DNA of 64,000 nt from Parcubacteria group bacterium Gr01-1014_8. GTDB lineage: Bacteria > Patescibacteriota > Minisyncoccia > Phycocordibacterales > UBA2100. Position numbers and translations under genes: made by a program. The notes beneath the pieces are model-generated. The model made no database searches. It was given only the letters and a program-made list of their open reading frames with translations, and had not been told where the DNA came from. The DNA lies in NCBI GenBank assembly GCA_007376385.1, contig VMGC01000004.1, forward strand, positions 32,001-96,000, read 5' to 3'. This document shows, one piece after another, positions 41,128 to 50,551 of the stretch (within the stretch, counting starts at the first letter, position 1; each line of letters begins with the position of its first letter).

Positions 41128-44081
41128 AAAGTTACGATCATAAACGTATAGAACGAAAGTGGCAGGCACGCTGGAAGAAATCGAAGCTGTACAAGACTGC
41201 CGATACGGTAAAAGGTAAGAAAAATTATTATTTGCTAACTGAATTTCCGTATCCGTCTGGCAATTTGCACGTCGGACACTGGTACGCTTTTTCTGTACCG
41301 GACATTTTAGCAAGAGCGCTCCGCATGCAAGGCAAGAATGTGATGTATCCGTTCGGCTTTGATGCATTCGGATTGCCTGCGGAAAACGCAGCCATAAAAA
41401 ATAAGTTGAATCCTCGAAAATGGACCCTCGGCAACATCAAGTACATGAAAAAACAGATAACCTCGATGGGTGCATCGTTTGATTGGTCTCGAGAACTCGC
41501 TACGTGCGATCCTGAATACTACAAGTGGACGCAGTGGCAGTTTTTGCAATTTTTTAAGGCAGGACTCGCATATCGAAAAGAGACAGCAGTCAATTGGTGC
41601 CCTTCGTGCAAGACAGTGCTTGCGAACGAGCAGGTAGTGGATGGAAAATGCGAACGATGCGGAACGGAAGTGATTCAGAAGCAAATGCTTCAATGGAACT
41701 TAAAAATCACCGACTATGCGGACCGTCTTATTGACGATTTGAGCACGCTGGATTGGCCTGAACAGATAAAGGAATCGCAGAAAAATTGGATAGGACGTTC
41801 TGAAGGCGCCGAGATAGATTTCAGGCTCACAGGAAATGTAGGCGATGACTCACGGTATCTGATCCTCCACGGCAGAGAAGGGAAGCCCACGAGCGTCTTT
41901 ATTCCATGGCTCAAAGAAGAACTGGAAAAAGCTGGACATGAAGTGGAAGTGCCACAGCTTCCCAACACGAATGAACCGAATGCATATGAACAGGCAGAAT
42001 ACATCCTCAAGAACTGCACCGTAGATGAAAAAACAGTTGTGATAGGCCACTCGATAGGAGGAGTTACAGCGCTGCGTCTCTTGGAGAAGGGCGCAAAGGT
42101 TAGGCGCGTTATATTGGTCGCGACACCGTACTCAGGAAGATTTTTGGATGGTAAGAAACGGCCGAGCGTCACAGATTCCGTGAAGAAGGGGTTCGATTTC
42201 GAGACGATACGGAACAATACAAAGAGCATCATTGTTATGCCGGATGTAAAAGATGACAGAGTTCCATTTTCCGACGCCGAGAGCTATGCGCAGAAACTGG
42301 CCGGGATGCTGGTCCATGGCAGGGGAGAGGAGAAGCATTTTATGGGTAAGATAGAGCCGGATGTATTGATGTGCCTTTGCCCCACTATCCGCGTTTTTAC
42401 GACGCGAGCCGACACGCTTTTCGGGGCGACCTACATGGTCTTGTCCCCGGAACATCCATGGGTACGGTTAGCGATAGATGATGATCACAAAGTTTTAGAA
42501 AATAAGGATGAGGTAAAGGAATACGTCACAGCGGCGAATAAAAAAACTGAGCTGGAACGCCTCACGGAACAAAAAGAAAAGACCGGGGTGAGGCTGAAAG
42601 GCGTTGAGGGAGTAAACCCCGCTACGGGCGAGAAGATACCGATATTCGTAGCAGACTACGTGCTTGCGCACTACGGGACAGGGGCCATCATGGCGGTCCC
42701 GGCGCACGATGAGCGCGACTTTGCATTTGCCAAGAAATTTGAGCTGCCGATACGAGATGTGATCTCTACTGGAAAGATGGAATCCGGCGTGTTCGCAGGA
42801 GAAGGAGTGTTGGTGAATTCCGGCGCGTTCAATGGGCTAAAAAGTATCGAGGCTAAGAGCACGCTCACCGATAAATTTGGCCGCAGTAAAATCACGTACA
42901 AACTCCGCGATTGGATAGTTTCGCGCCAGCGTTACTGGGGAGTTCCAATACCCATCGTCCACTGCGAAAGGTGTGGAGACGTCGCTATTCCTGATCCACA
43001 GCTTCCCGTTACATTGCCGGAAATCAAAGATTATTTGCCAACCGGAGACGGAAAATCGCCTCTCGCAAAAGCCAAAAAGTGGGTCAAAGTGAAATGTCCG
43101 CAGTGCAAAGGGACGGCAGAAAGAGAAACAGATACTCTCGATACGTTCGTCGATTCATCCTGGTACTTTTTGCGGTACGCGGACACAATAAACAAAAAAA
43201 AGTTTGCCGATATGAAAAAGATGGATGCATGGATGCCGGTAGATCTCTATTCCGGAGGAGCAGAACACACAACGATGCACCTCCTCTATTCTCGCTTCTG
43301 GCAGAAGGCGCTCTACGATCTAAAGCTCGTTAAGGACAGCGAGCCGTACACGCGAAGGATGAATCGTTCCATCATTCTTGGTCCAGACGGGCAAAAGATG
43401 TCGAAATCCCGAGGCAACGTGATAGACCCGGATGCTGTTGTCGCGAAACTCGGCGCAGACACCGTGCGTATGTACCTTGCCTTCATAGGTCCGTATAATG
43501 AGGTTTCGAACTATCCGTGGAATCCGGATGGTGTGGTAGGTATTCGCCGTTTTCTCGAGCGTGTTTGGCGCCTCCGCGACCGACTTACGATATCGGTCAA
43601 GAAAAGTGACGGACATACGATATCGAACATCGAACGGATGCTGCATGTAACGATTAAAAAGGTGGGGGACGATATCACTGCCCTGAAATTCAATACTGCC
43701 ATCGCGCAGATGATGTCGTTTATGAACGAAGCAGAGAGTAAAGGGATCACAAAGGCGCAATACGAGACACTGCTTCGGCTTCTTGCCCCGTTCGCTCCTC
43801 ATATTGCAGACGAACTTTGGAGCATGATGGGACACAAGAAGTCGGTTCATATTGAAAAATGGCCCGCATTCGATCCGCATAAACTCGCGTCGTCGTCGTT
43901 TACAATTGCGGTACAAGTGAATGGCAAGACACGAACTCAAATCACCATACCTGCTGCAGTGAAGGAAGACGCCGTGAAGGAACAGGCTGAAACAGCTGCA
44001 GGAAAATGGTTGGAGGGAAAGGCTATAAAAAAGATCATCTACGTGCCCGGCCGCATCGTCAACATCGTCGCGGGCGAATAG
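41124..44081 (+). CDS. leuS: Leucyl-tRNA synthetase with inserted YdeN/RBBP9-like alpha/beta-hydrolase domain
   Basis: HIGH motif (HVGHWY) and KMSKS; CP1 editing motifs TTRADTLFGATY and GTGAIMAVPAHDERD. A roughly 185-aa insertion at aa 236-420 has YLILHG...GHSIGG... Confidence 0.9.
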   Translation: MKSYDHKRIERKWQARWKKSKLYKTADTVKGKKNYYLLTEFPYPSGNLHVGHWYAFSVPDILARALRMQGKNVMYPFGFDAFGLPAENAAIKNKLNPRKWTLGNIKYMKKQITSMGASFDWSRELATCDPEYYKWTQWQFLQFFKAGLAYRKETAVNWCPSCKTVLANEQVVDGKCERCGTEVIQKQMLQWNLKITDYADRLIDDLSTLDWPEQIKESQKNWIGRSEGAEIDFRLTGNVGDDSRYLILHGREGKPTSVFIPWLKEELEKAGHEVEVPQLPNTNEPNAYEQAEYILKNCTVDEKTVVIGHSIGGVTALRLLEKGAKVRRVILVATPYSGRFLDGKKRPSVTDSVKKGFDFETIRNNTKSIIVMPDVKDDRVPFSDAESYAQKLAGMLVHGRGEEKHFMGKIEPDVLMCLCPTIRVFTTRADTLFGATYMVLSPEHPWVRLAIDDDHKVLENKDEVKEYVTAANKKTELERLTEQKEKTGVRLKGVEGVNPATGEKIPIFVADYVLAHYGTGAIMAVPAHDERDFAFAKKFELPIRDVISTGKMESGVFAGEGVLVNSGAFNGLKSIEAKSTLTDKFGRSKITYKLRDWIVSRQRYWGVPIPIVHCERCGDVAIPDPQLPVTLPEIKDYLPTGDGKSPLAKAKKWVKVKCPQCKGTAERETDTLDTFVDSSWYFLRYADTINKKKFADMKKMDAWMPVDLYSGGAEHTTMHLLYSRFWQKALYDLKLVKDSEPYTRRMNRSIILGPDGQKMSKSRGNVIDPDAVVAKLGADTVRMYLAFIGPYNEVSNYPWNPDGVVGIRRFLERVWRLRDRLTISVKKSDGHTISNIERMLHVTIKKVGDDITALKFNTAIAQMMSFMNEAESKGITKAQYETLLRLLAPFAPHIADELWSMMGHKKSVHIEKWPAFDPHKLASSSFTIAVQVNGKTRTQITIPAAVKEDAVKEQAETAAGKWLEGKAIKKIIYVPGRIVNIVAGE

Positions 44082-44084
44082 TCC

Positions 44085-45509
44085 CTATTTTTGGGAGATA
44101 CGAGGACCTTTGGTCGAGTCTTCGAGGTTGAATCCATGCGCAGCGACCATGCTGCGTAATTCGTCGGCCCGTTTCCAATCTTTTGCACCTCGGGCCGTCT
44201 CGCGTTCATCGACAAGTGCGCGAACTTCCGGCGGCAGCTCATCAATAGATACGTTGTTCGCTGCGCTGCCGGATTCAAGTTTCAGTCCTAATACCGCATC
44301 AAAATCTTTGAGAGCGTTGTATTTTTTGACGGCACTGACGTTTGGGTCTTTTACAAGCTCCCACACAACTGCGAGCGCTCCAGGAGTGTCCACGTCATCA
44401 TTAATTCGCTTTCTGAACATATCTATATATGGATCAGCGTTCTTGCCAGTGTCTTTATTATCCCTGAACGAACCATACAAATTGTATAGGCGATTCAAAG
44501 ACGTCTGCGCTGCAGTCATTCCGTCCCACGAAAAACTTGCTGGCGTGCGGTAGTGAGCGCCGAGGAGAAGATATCGGAATACGAGGGGAGAGAACCCGCG
44601 TTCGACGACATTTGATACATAGATGGTATTGCCTTCCGACTTTGCAATTTTGGCGCCCTCTATCTGTACGTGGGCGCGATGAAGCCAGAAGCGTGAAAAT
44701 GGCTTTTTACCTGTCGCAGATTCAGATTGAGCTATTTCGTTATTGTGGTGAATTGGAATGTGCTCTATTCCACCAGTATGAATATCTATCTGGTCGCCTA
44801 AGAGCTCTCTACTCATCACTGAGCACTCGATATGCCAGCCGGGATAGCCCTTTCCCCATGGCGAATCCCAGCCCAACGTATCCTGACTGCTAAGTTTCCA
44901 AAGCAAAAAATCGGTGGGATTTTTTTTGTCCGAAGTCGATGAGACACGTGCGCCTTCGCGAATGCCAGATAGGTCGATGTTGCCCAATGTTCCGTACGCC
45001 GGGAATTTCGACGAATCAAAATACATGCCTTGTTTCCCGCGATACGCGAATCCTTTTTTTTCGAGGGTTTTTACCATCTCTATCTGCTGCGGAATATAGT
45101 CTGACGCGCGCGGGAATGAAGTGCTGGCAGTATTGATGTTCAGAAGTTTTAGGTCCTCCAGAAACAAGTCAGCATATTTCTTGCCAAGTGCGCGCATGTT
45201 CTCGAGCGTGAGTTCCATGCCCTCTCGTTTCAATCCTTTTGTCATGCGGTCTTCTCCCTCGTCCGCATCGCCCTGGTTATCTCCGGTCAAATGGCCGACA
45301 TCGGTAAAATTTATTGCTTGTTTGACCTTGTAGCCGTTGAATTCGAGAGTGCGCCGCAATAGATCTACGAATACGAACATAGACAAGTTTCCGATATGTT
45401 GAGGACCGTAGACGGTCGGACCGCAGTTGTACATTTTTACTTCTCCTCTCTGCAGCATCGTAAACTCTTGCTTTTTACCGGTCAGCGTGTTGTAAAAGAA
45501 AAGCGGCAT
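44085..45509 (-). CDS. cysS: Cysteinyl-tRNA synthetase
   Basis: HIGN motif (PQHIGNL) and KIAKSEGN (KMSKS variant); Zn-binding Cys/His present. Start taken at the conserved MPLFFYNTLT. Confidence 0.9.
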   Translation of the reverse strand: MPLFFYNTLTGKKQEFTMLQRGEVKMYNCGPTVYGPQHIGNLSMFVFVDLLRRTLEFNGYKVKQAINFTDVGHLTGDNQGDADEGEDRMTKGLKREGMELTLENMRALGKKYADLFLEDLKLLNINTASTSFPRASDYIPQQIEMVKTLEKKGFAYRGKQGMYFDSSKFPAYGTLGNIDLSGIREGARVSSTSDKKNPTDFLLWKLSSQDTLGWDSPWGKGYPGWHIECSVMSRELLGDQIDIHTGGIEHIPIHHNNEIAQSESATGKKPFSRFWLHRAHVQIEGAKIAKSEGNTIYVSNVVERGFSPLVFRYLLLGAHYRTPASFSWDGMTAAQTSLNRLYNLYGSFRDNKDTGKNADPYIDMFRKRINDDVDTPGALAVVWELVKDPNVSAVKKYNALKDFDAVLGLKLESGSAANNVSIDELPPEVRALVDERETARGAKDWKRADELRSMVAAHGFNLEDSTKGPRISQK

Positions 45510-45661
45510 ATTCGCCGATGCTGAACCGCTTCTGTTCATACGAAACGGAAATGCAGACAGGATGTCTGAGATCACCTGCCCGACGACATCAGCGAGAGAC
45601 CGCATGACCAAAAGTATGCCTGCATTTGCTTCAGACTACAAGCGGAGAATGGCTCGTTGTC

Positions 45662-46573
45662 CTACAGCCATTTGCGCCGTTTGAAATACCACACCATAAG
45701 CGCGCCCGCAGTTGCGACTATGCCGACAATGATCCAGAAATCGTAGGGCAGACCTACGATCGGATTGGATCTCGCATTGATGTCGAAAATAGCAACGAAA
45801 AGCGAAAGAGGGAATGTAAGGAGTGCCATGATGGTAAGAACGCGCATTGTCTCGTTCTCTTTCGTCGAAAGAAGAGAGTTATTGGTTTCGCGCAATTCGT
45901 GGAGGACCTCTGTAAGTCTCATGACATGATTGTGTACTCGATAATATTCGTTCGACAAGGCGCGCAAATAACTGACGAATTCTTCTCCAAAGAACATCTG
46001 ACCGTCTTTATCGAGCGTGTGGAGTACGTCTCTGTGCGGTTCAATAGTTTGCCTTAAATTCAGCAGGTCTCTTGCGCTTCTTGAAAGCCGCTCGACCATG
46101 CCAACTTCGTGGCCGGAAAATATGTTCTCTTCAATATGCGAAAGGTCGCTTCGCACGAAATCAATTTCATGCTCAACGGCCTTATAGAGACGCTTGAGCA
46201 TGTAGTAAAAAAGAAAGCCGGCATGATCTCCCATGACGCTTTTATCAAGAATTGAATTCACTTCAAAAAGCTTGGAAAATGTATGCAGCGGGTCAATGGT
46301 GTCGTAGTGAGTAGTGATGATGAATGACTTGCCTATGACAAAATCTATTTCTTGCTCGATGGTTCTGTGCGTGTGTCGTAGAGCAGGGAAGTGGAGAATA
46401 GCGTAGATGTAATCGTTATAGAATTCGACTCGAGGTTTCGCAGTCGGTAGAAGAAGTTCTTCCGCGATAAGGTGGGCAAGGCCGAATTCATCCATAACAG
46501 CGCGGACCTCTTCGCGGGTAGGGGATTCGAGGTCTATCCACACGAGCGATGAATGCTCATGGCGTGACAACAT
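45662..46573 (-). CDS. CorA-family divalent cation transporter-like protein (divergent signature loop)
   Basis: Soluble N-domain plus two C-terminal TM helices and a KRRKWL-type end. The canonical YGMNF loop is replaced by FDINA. Confidence 0.65.
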   Translation of the reverse strand: MLSRHEHSSLVWIDLESPTREEVRAVMDEFGLAHLIAEELLLPTAKPRVEFYNDYIYAILHFPALRHTHRTIEQEIDFVIGKSFIITTHYDTIDPLHTFSKLFEVNSILDKSVMGDHAGFLFYYMLKRLYKAVEHEIDFVRSDLSHIEENIFSGHEVGMVERLSRSARDLLNLRQTIEPHRDVLHTLDKDGQMFFGEEFVSYLRALSNEYYRVHNHVMRLTEVLHELRETNNSLLSTKENETMRVLTIMALLTFPLSLFVAIFDINARSNPIVGLPYDFWIIVGIVATAGALMVWYFKRRKWL

Positions 46574-46636
46574 GTGCTGAATTCTAGCACAAAAGCGACG
46601 TCATTTTTTCATCGTCTATGATAGAATACTGCCACT

Positions 46637-47887
46637 ATGTTATTTCAAAGAGAGGGTCAGCCGAGTGGAACTGTACGCTTCGGAACGGCATTCGCCATCG
46701 CACTTGTGGTGGGTGCGCTCGGCTTCACCGGGGGTATTTTTGCAGGTAATCGTACCTATGCGAATGGACCCCTGCTCGGCGACTCTCCGCCAGAAGGGGT
46801 CGACATGACCCCCGTATGGAAAGCGTGGCGCATCATTGATGAAAAATTCGTTCCCGCAGCCGTTGCTACCACGAGCATAGCTGCAGCATCAACAACCGAT
46901 GCGGAGCAAAGACGAGTCTGGGGCATGATCGAAGGACTGGCCAATTCATTGGACGATCCCTACACATATTTCATGCCGCCCGCAGAGCAAAAGCAATTTT
47001 CAGAGGACATGACTGGCGCATTCGAAGGAGTAGGGATGGAAATAGCCGTTCGAGACGAAGTGCTCGTTATCGTCTCGCCCCTTAAAGGCACGCCTGCTGA
47101 ACGGGCAGGACTTCGAGCAGGAGACAAGATATTGAAAATAGACGGCGATGACACGCGTGGCGTAGATATTACGTCTGCAGTCCAGCGCATCCGCGGACCA
47201 AAGGGAAGTACCGTTACTTTCTCTATATTTAGAGATGGATGGTCCGAACCCAAGGATGTACAAGTCGTACGCGACGTCATCAACGTCCCGATCGTCACGA
47301 CGGAAATAAAAGAGGGAGTCTTCGTTATTGAGGTGGCAAGCTTTACGGCAAATTCGCCAGGACTATTTCGAAATGCTCTTCGTGAATTTGTGGATTCAGG
47401 CACGTCGAGACTCATCATTGACCTTCGTGGAAATCCGGGAGGATATCTGGATGCCGCCGTGGACATGGCAAGTTGGTTCCTTCCTTCTGGAAAAATCGTG
47501 GTTGTGGAAGATTATGCTGGGCACGAGACCAATATAACGCATCGCTCGCGCGGCTATAACGTATTCAACGATAATTTGCGCATGGTCATTCTCGTTGATA
47601 AAGGCTCTGCATCCGCCTCTGAAATTCTCGCACTCGCGCTTAATAGCCACGGCAAGGCTCGGCTCATCGGTTCTCCTACCTTCGGCAAAGGTTCAGTCCA
47701 GGAGCTGATAGACATAACGCCTGATACGGGTTTGAAGCTCACGGTCGCGAGGTGGCTCGGGCCTAACGGAGAGCATATACCGCACTCTGGCATCATTCCC
47801 GACATTCAAGTTGAAAGAACTGAAGACGATATTAAAAGCGACAAGGACCCGCAGATTGATGCGGCTATCAAGGCAGTCAATGAGTAG
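46637..47887 (+). CDS. C-terminal processing peptidase (S41 family, tail-specific protease)
   Basis: PDZ domain plus S41 catalytic region with the GNPGGYL motif. N-terminal TM anchor. Confidence 0.85.
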   Translation: MLFQREGQPSGTVRFGTAFAIALVVGALGFTGGIFAGNRTYANGPLLGDSPPEGVDMTPVWKAWRIIDEKFVPAAVATTSIAAASTTDAEQRRVWGMIEGLANSLDDPYTYFMPPAEQKQFSEDMTGAFEGVGMEIAVRDEVLVIVSPLKGTPAERAGLRAGDKILKIDGDDTRGVDITSAVQRIRGPKGSTVTFSIFRDGWSEPKDVQVVRDVINVPIVTTEIKEGVFVIEVASFTANSPGLFRNALREFVDSGTSRLIIDLRGNPGGYLDAAVDMASWFLPSGKIVVVEDYAGHETNITHRSRGYNVFNDNLRMVILVDKGSASASEILALALNSHGKARLIGSPTFGKGSVQELIDITPDTGLKLTVARWLGPNGEHIPHSGIIPDIQVERTEDDIKSDKDPQIDAAIKAVNE

Positions 47888-47893
47888 CGTATG

Positions 47894-48029
47894 CCCGCAC
47901 ACCAATGGTGGCATAATGTTTTTGTTGCAAATATACTATCTGACATGTATCCAGATTCGGAAACTCGTACTGCGACTACGGATAATATTCTGAAAACACG
48001 TGGCAACCATGCCACCATTGGTGTGCGGG
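47894..48029. mobile_element. MITE-like element: 21-bp perfect terminal inverted repeats flanking a 94-nt core
   Basis: CCCGCACACCAATGGTGGCAT (47894-47914) is the exact reverse complement of ATGCCACCATTGGTGTGCGGG (48009-48029). It is flanked by (G)TATG on both sides; the right copy supplies the rplI ATG. Confidence 0.55.
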
Positions 48030-48030
48030 T

Positions 48031-48480
48031 ATGAAGGTCATCATGCTTCGTGATGTCGCAGGTGTGGGACAAAAGGGAACCATAGCGCGCGTATCGGATG
48101 GCTATGCCATGAATTTTCTTATTCCTCAAAAATTTGCAGAAATGGCTACAGAAGAGAAGGTCAATGAGACGCATAAACGAAAAGCCGAAGCTGAAGCCAT
48201 GGTGGTGAAGCAGATGGCAGAATGGAAGGAGCAAGCAACACGGCTTGCTAATGCATCAGTGACAGTTCGCATGGAGGCAAATGAAAAGGGACAGCTGTAT
48301 AGTCAGATACCTCACGCCAAAATTCTTGAACGCATATCGAAGGAGCTCGGCATCAACGTTAAGGAGGAATGCCTGGTCGATGTAAGGCCGATAAAATCAC
48401 TCGGCCGTACTGAAATAGACCTTACGCTGGGCGGGAAACGGATCCCATTCACTGTTTTTGTGGAGAGAAAAGAGGATTAA
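48031..48480 (+). CDS. rplI: 50S ribosomal protein L9
   Basis: N-terminal [30 protein letters not shown] matches the L9 N-domain. Confidence 0.9.
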   Translation: MKVIMLRDVAGVGQKGTIARVSDGYAMNFLIPQKFAEMATEEKVNETHKRKAEAEAMVVKQMAEWKEQATRLANASVTVRMEANEKGQLYSQIPHAKILERISKELGINVKEECLVDVRPIKSLGRTEIDLTLGGKRIPFTVFVERKED

Positions 48481-48749
48481 ACAACCTCTGCCATTCGGCG
48501 GATATTTCTGCGACCGTCGAAATTTATCTTACGCACTGTGCGGAATTTTACGATCCCTTTGATGAGTGAAAAGATGGTGTGGTCTTTACCGAGTCCGACG
48601 TTCTTGCCGGCCATTATTTTTGTGCCTCTCTGGCGAACGATTATCTCGCCCGGATTTACCGAGCTTCCATCAGAACGCTTGATGCCGAGGTATTTCGGAT
48701 TCGAATCGTTCAGGTTTTTTGCTGTTCCAGCGGCTTTCGTTGTTGCCAT
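48477..48749 (-). CDS. rpmA: 50S ribosomal protein L27
   Basis: NPKYLGIK...RQRGTK...[14 protein letters not shown]27 signature. Its stop codon overlaps the rplI stop (TTAA). Confidence 0.85.
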   Translation of the reverse strand: MATTKAAGTAKNLNDSNPKYLGIKRSDGSSVNPGEIIVRQRGTKIMAGKNVGLGKDHTIFSLIKGIVKFRTVRKINFDGRRNIRRMAEVV

Positions 48750-48800
48750 AGTTGTATCTTTAGAGCCTTCCTACGCCCTTTTCTAGGGTATTATTGAGGC

Positions 48801-49163
48801 ATGCAGAGTATACCGGAGATGACTGGTAGTATCAAGGGCTACGTTGACAAGGGGACAGGGGAGTGGGGTATTCCAGTTATCGTCATTTTGGTAGGCATCG
48901 CCTCATTTGGATTAGGACGATTGTCGACGCTTGAAGGCTCTACATCCGCAGTATCGGTCAGTTCTATCCCTATGCAGGCAGCTTCCGCATCGCTTGCGGT
49001 AGGAGGGCTTGTGGTGGCTTCAAGAACGGGCACTGCATATCATTACCCATGGTGTGCCGGCGCGACGACAATAAAGGAGAGTAATAAAGTGTGGTTCAAA
49101 GATGAGGAGGCAGCCAGAAAAGCAGGCTATACCCCTGCTAAAAACTGTAGGGGATTGAAATAG
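48801..49163 (+). CDS. Membrane-anchored hypothetical protein with C-terminal Cys-containing Ada-like metal-binding motif
   Basis: One TM helix, a Ser/Ala-rich linker, and a C-terminus YHYPWCAGATTIKESNKVWFKDEEAARKAGYTPAKNC. Confidence 0.4.
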   Translation: MQSIPEMTGSIKGYVDKGTGEWGIPVIVILVGIASFGLGRLSTLEGSTSAVSVSSIPMQAASASLAVGGLVVASRTGTAYHYPWCAGATTIKESNKVWFKDEEAARKAGYTPAKNCRGLK

Positions 49164-49303
49164 GAAACATAACGGGGGCAACTGTGCTTCGTACCATAAT
49201 GGTGCCGGTCGGCACCATTATGGTACGCATATAAATCAAAAGGAGACAGAAAATCCCCGAAACAAACACGACAGCTGGTATATCATGGGATATACTTATC
49301 GTC

Positions 49304-49906
49304 ATGTTGGTCGTCGATGTTGAAGCCTCGGGGACAGAGGCGCATACACACTCCATTGTGAGTGTTGGCGCACTGGACCTTTCAAACCCGACCAATCGTT
49401 TTTATGAAGAGTGCCGCGTATGGGACGGCGCGCACATCATGGATGAGGCGCTTGTCGTTAATGGTTTTACGCGAGAACAGATAATCGACCCAAAAAAGTT
49501 ATCGGAAGCAGACCTTGTCCATAAATTTCTGCATTGGAGTGAAGATTTGACTAACCGCACTCTAGCTGGACAGAACGTGTCATTCGACAGAGATTTCTTA
49601 AAATATGCATCGCAAAGGGCGGGGCATACGGATTGGCCATTCGCATATCGCACCATAGACACTCATACGCTCTGCTGGGCTCATATGGTGAATCGGGGAT
49701 TGAAACCGCCAATAGACCCGAAGCACCGGCGCTCTGCGCTCGATTTGGACGCTGTACTGAACTATTGCGGGATTCCGAACGAGCCAGAACCGCATAATGC
49801 TCTTACGGGAGCGTTGTCGCATGGAGAAGTAATCTCAAGATTGTTGTATGGAAGGAAATTACTGCCAGAATTCACGCAGTTCGATATTCCGTGGAAAAAA
49901 GTGTAG
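49304..49906 (+). CDS. DEDDh 3'-5' exonuclease domain protein
   Basis: Exo I VVDVEASG (DxE) and Exo III HNALTGAL-like motifs. Confidence 0.7.
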   Translation: MLVVDVEASGTEAHTHSIVSVGALDLSNPTNRFYEECRVWDGAHIMDEALVVNGFTREQIIDPKKLSEADLVHKFLHWSEDLTNRTLAGQNVSFDRDFLKYASQRAGHTDWPFAYRTIDTHTLCWAHMVNRGLKPPIDPKHRRSALDLDAVLNYCGIPNEPEPHNALTGALSHGEVISRLLYGRKLLPEFTQFDIPWKKV

Positions 49907-49915
49907 AGGGTTTAT

Positions 49916-50512
49916 ATGACTGATAATGGAAACTTCGGCGGTCCAGATAAAAATCATACACCAGACGATACAAAACGAATGATTGAGGAGGCAGTCCGCA
50001 GAGCTCAAGAGCGACTGCAAAAGAATTTGCAGAGAACGGTGGATCAAGCTGGCGCAGACGTACGGAAGCAAGATGCAGAAGAGAAGGCTCGTACAGAAGA
50101 AACGCTAAAAGCACCCATTGAGGAGCGCGTTGCATATGCTGCAGGTGCCGTCATGAATTATTTTTATTTTACGATGGGTTTTCAACCGGACAAAGCAAAG
50201 AGGGCGCAGGATAGCGTGAGTCTTATTTCTGCAGCGATCACGACGGCACAGCGCGCGTCTGAAGATCTCTTCAAGACAAACCCGCAAGGATACAAAACGC
50301 CAGAGGAGCAAATTCAGCGCGTAACAGAGATGGAGGAGGTTATATCAAATACAGTTCTTAAATGGTACGAACGCGAGCGCGATACTCTTGTCGCAAGCGG
50401 TCACAAGCCGAAGGGGTATGCCAGTATGGAGGGGGCGTGGGCGACATTTGTAGAAGGCTATAGAGATTCCTTTAACACCTACGCGTTCCCGAAAACGAAG
50501 CCCTCGAAGTAG
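49916..50512 (+). CDS. Hypothetical protein
   Basis: 198-aa ORF starting 10 nt after the exonuclease gene. Helical and charged, with no motif recognised. Confidence 0.45.
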   Translation: MTDNGNFGGPDKNHTPDDTKRMIEEAVRRAQERLQKNLQRTVDQAGADVRKQDAEEKARTEETLKAPIEERVAYAAGAVMNYFYFTMGFQPDKAKRAQDSVSLISAAITTAQRASEDLFKTNPQGYKTPEEQIQRVTEMEEVISNTVLKWYERERDTLVASGHKPKGYASMEGAWATFVEGYRDSFNTYAFPKTKPSK

Positions 50513-50551
50513 CTAGACTAGCCAGAAACTTGTGGCACACTGTGCCTATAT

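Noticed and set aside
47811-47993. 60-aa ORF within the MITE-like element core
   Set aside because: Lies across the inverted-repeat element and the ctpA 3' end, has no RBS, and its translation is low complexity. Attributed to chance.
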